Shown here piece after piece: positions 40,701 to 55,700 of a stretch of DNA of 64,000 nucleotides (position 1 is its first letter; the number at the start of each line of letters is the position of its first letter). The position numbers and the translations under genes are program-made. The notes under the pieces are model-generated. The model saw only the letters and a program-made list of their open reading frames with translations. It had not been told where the DNA came from and did not search any database. The DNA is taken from assembly GCA_051362555.1 (NCBI GenBank), contig CM120647.1, positions 13,120,651 through 13,184,650 of the forward strand. Reading direction: 5' to 3'. Source of the stretch: Lingula anatina. Lineage: Eukaryota > Animalia > Brachiopoda.

Positions 40701-43700
40701 TTCGAGACCCAGCAAAATGACTCTGATATTTTTTTCCTAAAAGTTATCTGTAAAATTTGCTTTTGATTACTATAAGAGGAAACTCGTACCTACGGAGGGT
40801 GGGCGGGTCAGTCACGGCGCAGTCGGTAGCGTGCTTGGATGCAAAAAAACAATACAAAGCGTCACCAACCATGGTAACGAGAAGTCACGAGTTCGAATCC
40901 CGGATGAGGCACGTCAGTCCATCACGACAACGACCTTGCCCCCTGTTCGGGCAGTAACCAGAACGAATGCGGGCTCTCGTGGGTCCTAGCAATTTACCTT
41001 TTGCACAATAAAACGATATACTTGAGAATAAGTGATGGGTTAAAAAAGAACATAGTAGCATAAAGTCTGCGTCGTCAATAATATGACATGGGAATGGTCA
41101 TTGATCTCTATCTTTTTCCAGCTACGTCACCGATCAAACTTGCATTGAGCTATTGCTAACCGCGTATAGAGCCTCGCCTGTCATACTGCAATTTCAGCAA
41201 AATGGGCTCTTTTCTCGGTGGGATTTTCAGAGGAAAAAAGTTTTATTTTTTACAAAAGTCGCCCCGCCGCTATTGCTTTTACCAGTTGTAAACTACGTTT
41301 GTCTTCTTATGCACCCCCTTCCTATCTTGGGTCCATGCTTCTCGAGACGGTTCATATGTTCATTCAGTACCCGAGGCAACTCCACAGTCAACAATGAAAG
41401 AGTAAAATCTACTCAAAACTGAAACCGCCAAGGTGTGAACAGCTGTGGATCTCATTGCGCTCTTTAACGTCAAAGGTGAAACCACACGTTATCTCATTGC
41501 AAAATAAAATGAAACTAAAAACATCTGAACTCATCTTACTAGGAACATTTCCAGCGGATAAGCAATGAAACCGATCGACCTTGTATTGATTCAGTAGCTT
41601 CAGGTGTAACAGCACGTCATACCACCAACCGATCGACCTTGAATTGATTCAGTAGCTTCAGGTATAACAAACAACACGTCATACCACCTGTTAACCGCGT
41701 TCACCCGAAAAAAAATTTCTTCTGGGCAGAATTATTTGCCAAATATGTTTTACTCGAAATTCGCATCGACGCAATTGCTTGAATGGAAAACACACCAGTT
41801 TTCTGCACATTTGAACGTTTTAATTACAATATACGCTTATTATCCGTTTTGTGAGCAAACGCATTTTTCTTACGGTATAGAACATAACAATAAAATGAAA
41901 AAGCAGGGCAAGTAAAGATTACTTGTCTTGAAAAAGTTTGTTGTAATTGTTTATATAATGGATAGGTCTACGTTATCAATAAATACGTTACCAAAAATCG
42001 TGAAGGTATTGTTTTCTGTTTTCATTCTTTGTTGTCCTTTGGTGCGACACTGTGGATGCGTGCGACGTTGTACATGTGCGCACGCATGTATATACGTCGC
42101 TCATCCTTCTTTGTTACGTTATTATGATACATACGTTACCATGAAGCGTGTAAATATACATTTATTCTATTTACATTGGTTGTCTTTTGTTTTGTGGGCA
42201 CAAAACACTTCTGCCTTAAAGTGTTGGCCCACAAAACGAAAGACAAACCACTGTAAATAAAATAAATAAATATTTACACGGATCACGGTAACGTATATAT
42301 CGGTAACGTATGTATCATTTTAACGTAACAAAGAAGAATGAGCGACGTATAAACATGCGTGCGCACATATACAACGTCACGCGCACACACAGAGTCTTGA
42401 CAAAGGACAACAAACAATGAAATCAAAAAATCATGAACTTTTAAAACGGTCATGAAAAACCTTGGTCGAGGACTGGGGTTGCCCGGGTTGAAATAGGGCA
42501 CCCGGATTATCGATTGAAATAGCAAATATATACACATGTACATCCAAACTGGCCCTCTCCCTGACAAGCTAGAAAATTTCCATTTGATCCATCACTCAGC
42601 AACGAAGCTTCTGTGGCTCCGTGGTAACTCCGTTGCCTTGTGCGTGAGTGTATCCTTGTCCGCTGGTTTGCCAAATATGTTTTACTCGAAATTCGCATCG
42701 ACGCAATTGCTTGAATGGAAAACACACCAGTTTTCTGCACATTTGAACGTTTTAATTACAATATACGCTTATTATCCGTTTTGTGAGCAAACGCATTTTT
42801 CTTACGGTATAGAACATAACAATAAAATGAAAAAGCAGGGCAAGTAAAGATTACTTGTCTTGAAAAAGTTTGTTGTAATTGTTTATATAATGGATAGGTC
42901 TACGTTATCAATAAATACGTTACCAAAAATCGTGAAGGTATTGTTTTCTGTTTTCATTCTTTGTTGTCCTTTGGTGCGACACTGTGGATGCGTGCGACGT
43001 TGTACATGTGCGCACGCATGTATATACGTCGCTCATCCTTCTTTGTTACGTTATTATGATACATACGTTACCATGAAGCGTGTAAATATACATTTATTCT
43101 ATTTACATTGGTTGTCTTTTGTTTTGTGGGCACAAAACACTTCTGCCTTAAAGTGTTGGCCCACAAAACGAAAGACAAACCACTGTAAATAAAATAAATA
43201 AATATTTACACGGATCACGGTAACGTATATATCGGTAACGTATGTATCATTTTAACGTAACAAAGAAGAATGAGCGACGTATAAACATGCGTGCGCACAT
43301 ATACAACGTCACGCGCACACACAGAGTCTTGACAAAGGACAACAAACAATGAAATCAAAAAATCATGAACTTTTAAAACGGTCATGAAAAACCTTGGTCG
43401 AGGACTGGGGTTGCCCGGGTTGAAATAGGGCACCCGGATTATCGATTGAAATAGCAAATATATACACATGTACATCCAAACTGGCCCTCTCCCTGACAAG
43501 CTAGAAAATTTCCATTTGATCCATCACTCAGCAACGAAGCTTCTGTGGCTCCGTGGTAACTCCGTTGCCTTGTGCGTGAGTGTATCCTTGTCCGCTGGTT
43601 CGAGACCCAGCAAAATGACTCTGATATTTTTTTCCTAAAAGTAATCTGTAAAATTTGCGTTTGATTACTATAAGAGGAAACTCGTACCTACGGAGGGTGG

Positions 43701-46700
43701 GCGGGTCAGTCACGGCGCAGTCGGTAGCGTGCTTGGATGCAAAAAAACAATACAAAGCGTCACCAACCATGGTAACGAGAAGTCACGAGTTCGAATCCCG
43801 GATGAGGCACGTCAGTCCGTCACGACAACGACCTTGCCCCCTGTTCGGGCAGTAACCAGAACGAATGCGGGCTCTCGTGGGTCCTAGCAATTTACCTTTT
43901 GCACAATAAAACGATATACTTGAGAATAAGTGATGGATTTAAAAAGAACATAGTAGCATAAAGTCTGCGTCGTCAATAATATGACATGGGAATGGTCATT
44001 GATCTCTATCTTTTTCCAGCTACGTCACCGATCAAACTTGCATTGAGCTATTGCTAACCGCGTATAGAGCCTCGCCTGTCATACTGCAATTTCAGCAAAA
44101 TGGGCTCTTTTCTCGGTGGGATTTTCAGAGGAAAAAAGTTTTATTTTTTACAAAAGTCGCCCCGCCGCTATTGCTTTTACCAGTTGTAAACTACGTTTGT
44201 CTTCTTATGCACCCCCTTCCTATCTTGGGTCCATGCTTCTCGAGACGGTTCATATGTTCATTCAGTACCCGAGGCAACTCCACAGTCAACAATGAAAGAG
44301 TAAAATCTACTCAAAACTGAAACCGCCAAGGTGTGAACAGCTGTGGATCTCATCGCGCTCTTTAACGTCAAAGGTGAAACCACACGTTATCTCATTGCAA
44401 AATAAAATGAAACTAAAAACATCTGAACTCATCTTACTAGGAACATTTCCAGCGGATAAGCAATGAAACCGATCGACCTTGTATTGATTCAGTAGCTTCA
44501 GGTATAACAGCACGTCATACCACCAACCGATCGACCTTGAATTGATTCAGTAGCTTCAGGTATAACAAACAACACGTCATACCACCTGTTAACCGCGTTC
44601 ACCCGAAAAAAAATTTCTTCTGGGCAGAATTATTTGCCAAATATGTTTTACTCGAAATTCGCATCGACGCAATTGCTTGAATGGAAAACACACCAGTTTT
44701 CTGCACATTTGAACGTTTTAATTACAATATACGCTTATTATCCGTTTTGTGAGCAAACGCATTTTTCTTACGGTATAGAACATAACAATAAAATGAAAAA
44801 GCAGGGCAAGTAAAGATTGAAAAAGTTTGTTGTAATGCGACGTATAAACATGCGTGCGCACATATACAACGTCACGCGCACACACAGAGTCTTGACAAAG
44901 GACAACAAACAATGAAATCAAAAAATCATGAACTTTTAAAACGGTCATGAAAAACCTTGGTCGAGGACTGGGGTTGCCCGGGTTGAAATAGGGCACCCGG
45001 ATTATCGATTGAAATAGCAAATATATACACATGTACATCCAAACTGGCCCTCTCCCTGACAAGCTAGAAAATTTCCATTTGATCCATCACTCAGCAACGA
45101 AGCTTCTGTGGCTCCGTGGTAACTCCGTTGCCTTGTGCGTGAGTATATCCTTGTCCGCTGGTTCGAGACCCAGCAAAATGACTCTGATATTTTTTTCCTA
45201 AAAGTAATCTGTAAAATTTGCTTTTGATTACTATAAGAGGAAACTCGTACCTACGGAGGGTGGGCGGGTCAGTCACGGCGCAGTCGGTAGCGTGCTTGGA
45301 TGCAAAAAAACAATACAAAGCGTCACCAACCATGGTAACGAGAAGTCACGAGTTCGAATCCCGGATGAGGCACGTCAGTCCATCACGACAACGACCTTGC
45401 CCCCTGTTCGGGCAGTAACCAGAACGAATGCGGGCTCTCGTGGGTCCTAGCAATTTACCTTTTGCACAATAAAACGATATACTTGAGAATAAGTGATGGG
45501 TTAAAAAAGAACATAGTAGCATAAAGTCTGCGTCGTCAATAATATGACATGGGAATGGTCATTGATCTCTATCTTTTTCCAGCTACGTCACCGATCAAAC
45601 TTGCATTGAGCTATTGCTAACCGCGTATAGAGCCTCGCCTGTCATACTGCAATTTCAGCAAAATGGGCTCTTTTCTCGGTGGGATTTTCAGAGGAAAAAA
45701 GTTTTATTTTTTACAAAAGTCGCCCCGCCGCTATTGCTTTTACCAGTTGTAAACTACGTTTGTCTTCTTATGCACCCCCTTCCTATCTTGGGTCCATGCT
45801 TCTCGAGACGGTTCATATGTTCATTCAGTACCCGAGGCAACTCCACAGTCAACAATGAAAGAGTAAAATCTACTCAAAACTGAAACCGCCAAGGTGTGAA
45901 CAGCTGTGGATCTCATTGCGCTCTTTAACGTCAAAGGTGAAACCACACGTTATCTCATTGCAAAATAAAATGAAACTAAAAACATCTGAACTCATCTTAC
46001 TAGGAACATTTCCAGCGGATAAGCAATGAAACCGATCGACCTTGTATTGATTCAGTAGCTTCAGGTGTAACAGCACGTCATACCACCAACCGATCGACCT
46101 TGAATTGATTCAGTAGCTTCAGGTATAACAAACAACACGTCATACCACCTGTTAACCGCGTTCACCCGAAAAAAAATTTCTTCTGGGCAGAATTATTTGC
46201 CAAATATGTTTTACTCGAAATTCGCATCGACGCAATTGCTTGAATGGAAAACACACCAGTTTTCTGCACATTTGAACGTTTTAATTACAATATACGCTTA
46301 TTATCCGTTTTGTGAGCAAACGCATTTTTCTTACGGTATAGAACATAACAATAAAATGAAAAAGCAGGGCAAGTAAAGATTACTTGTCTTGAAAAAGTTT
46401 GTTGTAATTGTTTATATAATGGATAGGTCTACGTTATCAATAAATACGTTACCAAAAAACGTGAAGGTATTGTTTTCTGTTTTCATTCTTTGTTGTCCTT
46501 TGGTGCGACACTGTGGATGCGTGCGACGTTGTACATGTGCGCACGCATGTATATACGTCGCTCATCCTTCTTTGTTACGTTATTATGATACATACGTTAC
46601 CATGAAGCGTGTAAATATACATTTATTCTATTTACATTGGTTGTCTTTTGTTTTGTGGGCACAAAACACTTCTGCCTTAAAGTGTTGGCCCACAAAACGA

Positions 46701-49700
46701 AAGACAAACCACTGTAAATAAAATAAATAAATATTTACACGGATCACGGTAACGTATATATCGGTAACGTATGTATCATTTTAACGTAACAAAGAAGAAT
46801 GAGCGACGTATAAACATGCGTGCGCACATATACAACGTCACGCGCACACACAGAGTCTTGACAAAGGACAACAAACAATGAAATCAAAAAATCATGAACT
46901 TTTAAAACGGTCATGAAAAACCTTGGTCGAGGACTGGGGTTGCCCGGGTTGAAATAGGGCACCCGGATTATCGATTGAAATAGCAAATATATACACATGT
47001 ACATCCAAACTGGCCCTCTCCCTGATAAGCTAGAAAATTTCCATTTGATCCATCACTCAGCAACGAAGCTTCTGTGGCTCCGTGGTAACTCCGTTGCCTT
47101 GTGCGTGAGTATATCCTTGTCCGCTGGTTCGAGACCCAGCAAAATGACTCTAATATTTTTTTCCTAAAAGTAATCTGTAAAATTTGCTTTTGATTACTAT
47201 AAGAGGAAACTCGTACCTACGGAGGGTGGGCGGGTCAGTCACGGCGCAGTCGGTAGCGTGCTTGGATGCAAAAAAACAATACAAAGCGTCACCAACCATG
47301 GTAACGAGAAGTCACGAGTTCGAATCCCGGATGAGGCACGTCAGTCCGTCACGACAACGACCTTGCCCCCTGTTCGGGCAGTAACCAGAACGAATGCGGG
47401 CTCTCGTGGGTCCTAGCAATTTACCTTTTGCACAATAAAACGATATACTTGAGAATAAGTGATGGATTTAAAAAGAACATAGTAGCATAAAGTCTGCGTC
47501 GTCAATAATATGACATGGGAATGGTCATTGATCTCTATCTTTTTCCAGCTACGTCACCGATCAAACTTGCATTGAGCTATTGCTAACCGCGTATAGAGCC
47601 TCGCCTGTCATACTGCAATTTCAGCAAAATGGGCTCTTTTCTCGGTGGGATTTTCAGAGGAAAAAAGTTTTATTTTTTACAAAAGTCGCCCCGCCGCTAT
47701 TGCTTTTACCAGTTGTAAACTACGTTTGTCTTCTTATGCACCCCCTTCCTATCTTGGGTCCATGCTTCTCGAGACGGTTCATATGTTCATTCAGTACCCG
47801 AGGCAACTCCACAGCCAACAATGAATAGTAAAATCTACTCAAAACTGAAACCGCCAAGGTGTGAACAGCTGTGGATCTCATCGCGCTCTTTAACGTCAAA
47901 GGTGAAACCACACGTTATCTCATTGCAAAATAAAATGAAACTAAAAACATCTGAACTCATCTTACTAGGAACATTTCCAGCGGATAAGCAATGAAACCGA
48001 TCGACCTTGTATTGATTCAGTAGCTTCAGGTATAACAGCACGTCATACCACCAACCGATCGACCTTGAATTGATTCAGTAGCTTCAGGTATAACAAACAA
48101 CACGTCATACCACCTGTTAACCGCGTTCACCCGAAAAAAAATTTCTTCTGGGCAGAATTATTTGCCAAATATGTTTTACTCGAAATTCGCATCGACGCAA
48201 TTGCTTGAATGGAAAACACACCAGTTTTCTGCACATTTGAACGTTTTAATTACAATATACGCTTATTATCCGTTTTGTGAGCAAACGCATTTTTCTTACG
48301 GTATAGAACATAACAATAAAATGAAAAAGCAGGGCAAGTAAAGATTGAAAAAATTTGTTGTAATTGTTTATATAATGGATAGGTCTACGTTATCAATAAA
48401 TACGTTACCAAAAAACGTGAAGGTATTGTTTTCTGTTTTCATTCTTTGTTGTCCTTTGGTGCGACACTGTGGATGCGTGCGACGTTGTACATGTGCGCAC
48501 GCATGTATATACGTCGCTCATCCTTCTTTGTTACGTTATTATGATACATACGTTACCATGAAGCGTGTAAATATACATTTATTCTATTTACATTGGTTGT
48601 CTTTTGTTTTGTGGGCACAAAACACTTCTGCCTTAAAGTGTTGGCCCACAAAACGAAAGACAAACCACTGTAAATAAAATAAATAAATATTTACACGGAT
48701 CACGGTAACGTATATATCGGTAACGTATGTATCATTTTAACGTAACAAAGAAGAATGAGCGACGTATAAACATGCGTGCGCACATATACAACGTCACGCG
48801 CACACACAGAGTCTTGACAAAGGACAACAAACAATGAAATCAAAAAATCATGAACTTTTAAAACGGTCATGAAAAACCTTGGTCGAGGACTGGGGTTGCC
48901 CGGGTTGAAATAGGGCACCCGGATTATCGATTGAAATAGCAAATATATACACATGTACATCCAAACTGGCCCTCTCCCTGACAAGCTAGAAAATTTCCAT
49001 TTGATCCATCACTCAGCAACGAAGCTTCTGTGGCTCCGTGGTAACTCCGTTGCCTTGTGCGTGAGTGTATCCTTGTCCGCTGGTTCGAGACCCAGCAAAA
49101 TGACTCTGATATTTTTTTCCTAAAAGTTATCTGTAAAATTTGCTTTTGATTACTATAAGAGGAAACTCGTACCTACGGAGGGTGGGCGGGTCAGTCACGG
49201 CGCAGTCGGTAGCGTGCTTGGATGCAAAAAAACAATACAAAGCGTCACCAACCATGGTAACGAGAAGTCACGAGTTCGAATCCCGGATGAGGCACGTCAG
49301 TCCATCACGACAACGACCTTGCCCCCTGTTCGGGCAGTAACCAGAACGAATGCGGGCTCTCGTGGGTCCTAGCAATTTACCTTTTGCACAATAAAACGAT
49401 ATACTTGAGAATAAGTGATGGGTTAAAAAAGAACATAGTAGCATAAAGTCTGCGTCGTCAATAATATGACATGGGAATGGTCATTGATCTCTATCTTTTT
49501 CCAGCTACGTCACCGATCAAACTTGCATTGAGCTATTGCTAACCGCGTATAGAGCCTCGCCTGTCATACTGCAATTTCAGCAAAATGGGCTCTTTTCTCG
49601 GTGGGATTTTCAGAGGAAAAAAGTTTTATTTTTTACAAAAGTCGCCCCGCCGCTATTGCTTTTACCAGTTGTAAACTACGTTTGTCTTCTTATGCACCCC

Positions 49701-52700
49701 CTTCCTATCTTGGGTCCATGCTTCTCGAGACGGTTCATATGTTCATTCAGTACCCGAGGCAACTCCACAGTCAACAATGAAAGAGTAAAATCTACTCAAA
49801 ACTGAAACCGCCAAGGTGTGAACAGCTGTGGATCTCATTGCGCTCTTTAACGTCAAAGGTGAAACCACACGTTATCTCATTGCAAAATAAAATGAAACTA
49901 AAAACATCTGAACTCATCTTACTAGGAACATTTCCAGCGGATAAGCAATGAAACCGATCGACCTTGTATTGATTCAGTAGCTTCAGGTGTAACAGCACGT
50001 CATACCACCAACCGATCGACCTTGAATTGATTCAGTAGCTTCAGGTATAACAAACAACACGTCATACCACCTGTTAACCGCGTTCACCCGAAAAAAAATT
50101 TCTTCTGGGCAGAATTATTTGCCAAATATGTTTTACTCGAAATTCGCATCGACGCAATTGCTTGAATGGAAAACACACCAGTTTTCTGCACATTTGAACG
50201 TTTTAATTACAATATACGCTTATTATCCGTTTTGTGAGCAAACGCATTTTTCTTACGGTATAGAACATAACAATAAAATGAAAAAGCAGGGCAAGTAAAG
50301 ATTACTTGTCTTGAAAAAGTTTGTTGTAATTGTTTATATAATGGATAGGTCTACGTTATCAATAAATACGTTACCAAAAATCGTGAAGGTATTGTTTTCT
50401 GTTTTCATTCTTTGTTGTCCTTTGGTGCGACACTGTGGATGCGTGCGACGTTGTACATGTGCGCACGCATGTATATACGTCGCTCATCCTTCTTTGTTAC
50501 GTTATTATGATACATACGTTACCATGAAGCGTGTAAATATACATTTATTCTATTTACATTGGTTGTCTTTTGTTTTGTGGGCACAAAACACTTCTGCCTT
50601 AAAGTGTTGGCCCACAAAACGAAAGACAAACCACTGTAAATAAAATAAATAAATATTTACACGGATCACGGTAACGTATATATCGGTAACGTATGTATCA
50701 TTTTAACGTAACAAAGAAGAATGAGCGACGTATAAACATGCGTGCGCACATATACAACGTCACGCGCACACACAGAGTCTTGACAAAGGACAACAAACAA
50801 TGAAATCAAAAAATCATGAACTTTTAAAACGGTCATGAAAAACCTTGGTCGAGGACTGGGGTTGCCCGGGTTGAAATAGGGCACCCGGATTATCGATTGA
50901 AATAGCAAATATATACACATGTACATCCAAACTGGCCCTCTCCCTGACAAGCTAGAAAATTTCCATTTGATCCATCACTCAGCAACGAAGCTTCTGTGGC
51001 TCCGTGGTAACTCCGTTGCCTTGTGCGTGAGTGTATCCTTGTCCGCTGGTTTGCCAAATATGTTTTACTCGAAATTCGCATCGACGCAATTGCTTGAATG
51101 GAAAACACACCAGTTTTCTGCACATTTGAACGTTTTAATTACAATATACGCTTATTATCCGTTTTGTGAGCAAACGCATTTTTCTTACGGTATAGAACAT
51201 AACAATAAAATGAAAAAGCAGGGCAAGTAAAGATTGAAAAAATTTGTTGTAATTGTTTATATAATGGATAGGTCTACGTTATCAATAAATACGTTACCAA
51301 AAAACGTGAAGGTATTGTTTTCTGTTTTCATTCTTTGTTGTCCTTTGGTGCGACACTGTGGATGCGTGCGACGTTGTACATGTGCGCACGCATGTATATA
51401 CGTCGCTCATCCTTCTTTGTTACGTTATTATGATACATACGTTACCATGAAGCGTGTAAATATACATTTATTCTATTTACATTGGTTGTCTTTTGTTTTG
51501 TGGGCACAAAACACTTCTGCCTTAAAGTGTTGGCCCACAAAACGAAAGACAAACCACTGTAAATAAAATAAATAAATATTTACACGGATCACGGTAACGT
51601 ATATATCGGTAACGTATGTATCATTTTAACGTAACAAAGAAGAATGAGCGACGTATAAACATGCGTGCGCACATATACAACGTCACGCGCACACACAGAG
51701 TCTTGACAAAGGACAACAAACAATGAAATCAAAAAATCATGAACTTTTAAAACGGTCATGAAAAACCTTGGTCGAGGACTGGGGTTGCCCGGGTTGAAAT
51801 AGGGCACCCGGATTATCGATTGAAATAGCAAATATATACACATGTACATCCAAACTGGCCCTCTCCCTGACAAGCTAGAAAATTTCCATTTGATCCATCA
51901 CTCAGCAACGAAGCTTCTGTGGCTCCGTGGTAACTCCGTTGCCTTGTGCGTGAGTGTATCCTTGTCCGCTGGTTCGAGACCCAGCAAAATGACTCTGATA
52001 TTTTTTTCCTAAAAGTTATCTGTAAAATTTGCTTTTGATTACTATAAGAGGAAACTCGTACCTACGGAGGGTGGGCGGGTCAGTCACGGCGCAGTCGGTA
52101 GCGTGCTTGGATGCAAAAAAACAATACAAAGCGTCACCAACCATGGTAACGAGAAGTCACGAGTTCGAATCCCGGATGAGGCACGTCAGTCCATCACGAC
52201 AACGACCTTGCCCCCTGTTCGGGCAGTAACCAGAACGAATGCGGGCTCTCGTGGGTCCTAGCAATTTACCTTTTGCACAATAAAACGATATACTTGAGAA
52301 TAAGTGATGGATTTAAAAAGAACATAGTAGCATAAAGTCTGCGTCGTCAATAATATGACATGGGAATGGTCATTGATCTCTATCTTTTTCCAGCTACGTC
52401 ACCGATCAAACTTGCATTGAGCTATTGCTAACCGCGTATAGAGCCTCGCCTGTCATACTGCAATTTCAGCAAAATGGGCTCTTTTCTCGGTGGGATTTTC
52501 AGAGGAAAAAAGTTTTATTTTTTACAAAAGTCGCCCCGCCGCTATTGCTTTTACCAGTTGTAAACTACGTTTGTCTTCTTATGCACCCCCTTCCTATCTT
52601 GGGTCCATGCTTCTCGAGACGGTTCATATGTTCATTCAGTACCCGAGGCAACTCCACAGTCAACAATGAAAGAGTAAAATCTACTCAAAACTGAAACCGC

Positions 52701-55700
52701 CAAGGTGTGAACAGCTGTGGATCTCATCGCGCTCTTTAACGTCAAAGGTGAAACCACACGTTATCTCATTGCAAAATAAAATGAAACTAAAAACATCTGA
52801 ACTCATCTTACTAGGAACATTTCCAGCGGATAAGCAATGAAACCGATCGACCTTGTATTGATTCAGTAGCTTCAGGTATAACAGCACGTCATACCACCAA
52901 CCGATCGACCTTGAATTGATTCAGTAGCTTCAGGTATAACAAACAACACGTCATACCACCTGTTAACCGCGTTCACCCGAAAAAAAATTTCTTCTGGGCA
53001 GAATTATTTGCCAAATATGTTTTACTCGAAATTCGCATCGACGCAATTGCTTGAATGGAAAACACACCAGTTTTCTGCACATTTGAACGTTTTAATTACA
53101 ATATACGCTTATTATCCGTTTTGTGAGCAAACGCATTTTTCTTACGGTATAGAACATAACAATAAAATGAAAAAGCAGGGCAAGTAAAGATTACTTGTCT
53201 TGAAAAAGTTTGTTGTAATTGTTTATATAATGGATAGGTCTACGTTATCAATAAATACGTTACCAAAAATCGTGAAGGTATTGTTTTCTGTTTTCATTCT
53301 TTGTTGTCCTTTGGTGCGACACTGTGGATGCGTGCGACGTTGTACATGTGCGCACGCATGTATATACGTCGCTCATCCTTCTTTGTTACGTTATTATGAT
53401 ACATACGTTACCATGAAGCGTGTAAATATACATTTATTCTATTTACATTGGTTGTCTTTTGTTTTGTGGGCACAAAACACTTCTGCCTTAAAGTGTTGGC
53501 CCACAAAACGAAAGACAAACCACTGTAAATAAAATAAATAAATATTTACACGGATCACGGTAACGTATATATCGGTAACGTATGTATCATTTTAACGTAA
53601 CAAAGAAGAATGAGCGACGTATAAACATGCGTGCGCACATATACAACGTCACGCGCACACACAGAGTCTTGACAAAGGACAACAAACAATGAAATCAAAA
53701 AATCATGAACTTTTAAAACGGTCATGAAAAACCTTGGTCGAGGACTGGGGTTGCCCGGGTTGAAATAGGGCACCCGGATTATCGATTGAAATAGCAAATA
53801 TATACACATGTACATCCAAACTGGCCCTCTCCCTGACAAGCTAGAAAATTTCCATTTGATCCATCACTCAGCAACGAAGCTTCTGTGGCTCCGTGGTAAC
53901 TCCGTTGCCTTGTGCGTGAGTGTATCCTTGTCCGCTGGTTTGCCAAATATGTTTTACTCGAAATTCGCATCGACGCAATTGCTTGAATGGAAAACACACC
54001 AGTTTTCTGCACATTTGAACGTTTTAATTACAATATACGCTTATTATCCGTTTTGTGAGCAAACGCATTTTTCTTACGGTATAGAACATAACAATAAAAT
54101 GAAAAAGCAGGGCAAGTAAAGATTACTTGTCTTGAAAAAGTTTGTTGTAATTGTTTATATAATGGATAGGTCTACGTTATCAATAAATACGTTACCAAAA
54201 ATCGTGAAGGTATTGTTTTCTGTTTTCATTCTTTGTTGTCCTTTGGTGCGACACTGTGGATGCGTGCGACGTTGTACATGTGCGCACGCATGTATATACG
54301 TCGCTCATCCTTCTTTGTTACGTTATTATGATACATACGTTACCATGAAGCGTGTAAATATACATTTATTCTATTTACATTGGTTGTCTTTTGTTTTGTG
54401 GGCACAAAACACTTCTGCCTTAAAGTGTTGGCCCACAAAACGAAAGACAAACCACTGTAAATAAAATAAATAAATATTTACACGGATCACGGTAACGTAT
54501 ATATCGGTAACGTATGTATCATTTTAACGTAACAAAGAAGAATGAGCGACGTATAAACATGCGTGCGCACATATACAACGTCACGCGCACACACAGAGTC
54601 TTGACAAAGGACAACAAACAATGAAATCAAAAAATCATGAACTTTTAAAACGGTCATGAAAAACCTTGGTCGAGGACTGGGGTTGCCCGGGTTGAAATAG
54701 GGCACCCGGATTATCGATTGAAATAGCAAATATATACACATGTACATCCAAACTGGCCCTCTCCCTGACAAGCTAGAAAATTTCCATTTGATCCATCACT
54801 CAGCAACGAAGCTTCTGTGGCTCCGTGGTAACTCCGTTGCCTTGTGCGTGAGTGTATCCTTGTCCGCTGGTTTGCCAAATATGTTTTACTCGAAATTCGC
54901 ATCGACGCAATTGCTTGAATGGAAAACACACCAGTTTTCTGCACATTTGAACGTTTTAATTACAATATACGCTTATTATCCGTTTTGTGAGCAAACGCAT
55001 TTTTCTTACGGTATAGAACATAACAATAAAATGAAAAAGCAGGGCAAGTAAAGATTACTTGTCTTGAAAAAGTTTGTTGTAATTGTTTATATAATGGATA
55101 GGTCTACGTTATCAATAAATACGTTACCAAAAATCGTGAAGGTATTGTTTTCTGTTTTCATTCTTTGTTGTCCTTTGGTGCGACACTGTGGATGCGTGCG
55201 ACGTTGTACATGTGCGCACGCATGTATATACGTCGCTCATCCTTCTTTGTTACGTTATTATGATACATACGTTACCATGAAGCGTGTAAATATACATTTA
55301 TTCTATTTACATTGGTTGTCTTTTGTTTTGTGGGCACAAAACACTTCTGCCTTAAAGTGTTGGCCCACAAAACGAAAGACAAACCACTGTAAATAAAATA
55401 AATAAATATTTACACGGATCACGGTAACGTATATATCGGTAACGTATGTATCATTTTAACGTAACAAAGAAGAATGAGCGACGTATAAACATGCGTGCGC
55501 ACATATACAACGTCACGCGCACACACAGAGTCTTGACAAAGGACAACAAACAATGAAATCAAAAAATCATGAACTTTTAAAACGGTCATGAAAAACCTTG
55601 GTCGAGGACTGGGGTTGCCCGGGTTGAAATAGGGCACCCGGATTATCGATTGAAATAGCAAATATATACACATGTACATCCAAACTGGCCCTCTCCCTGA

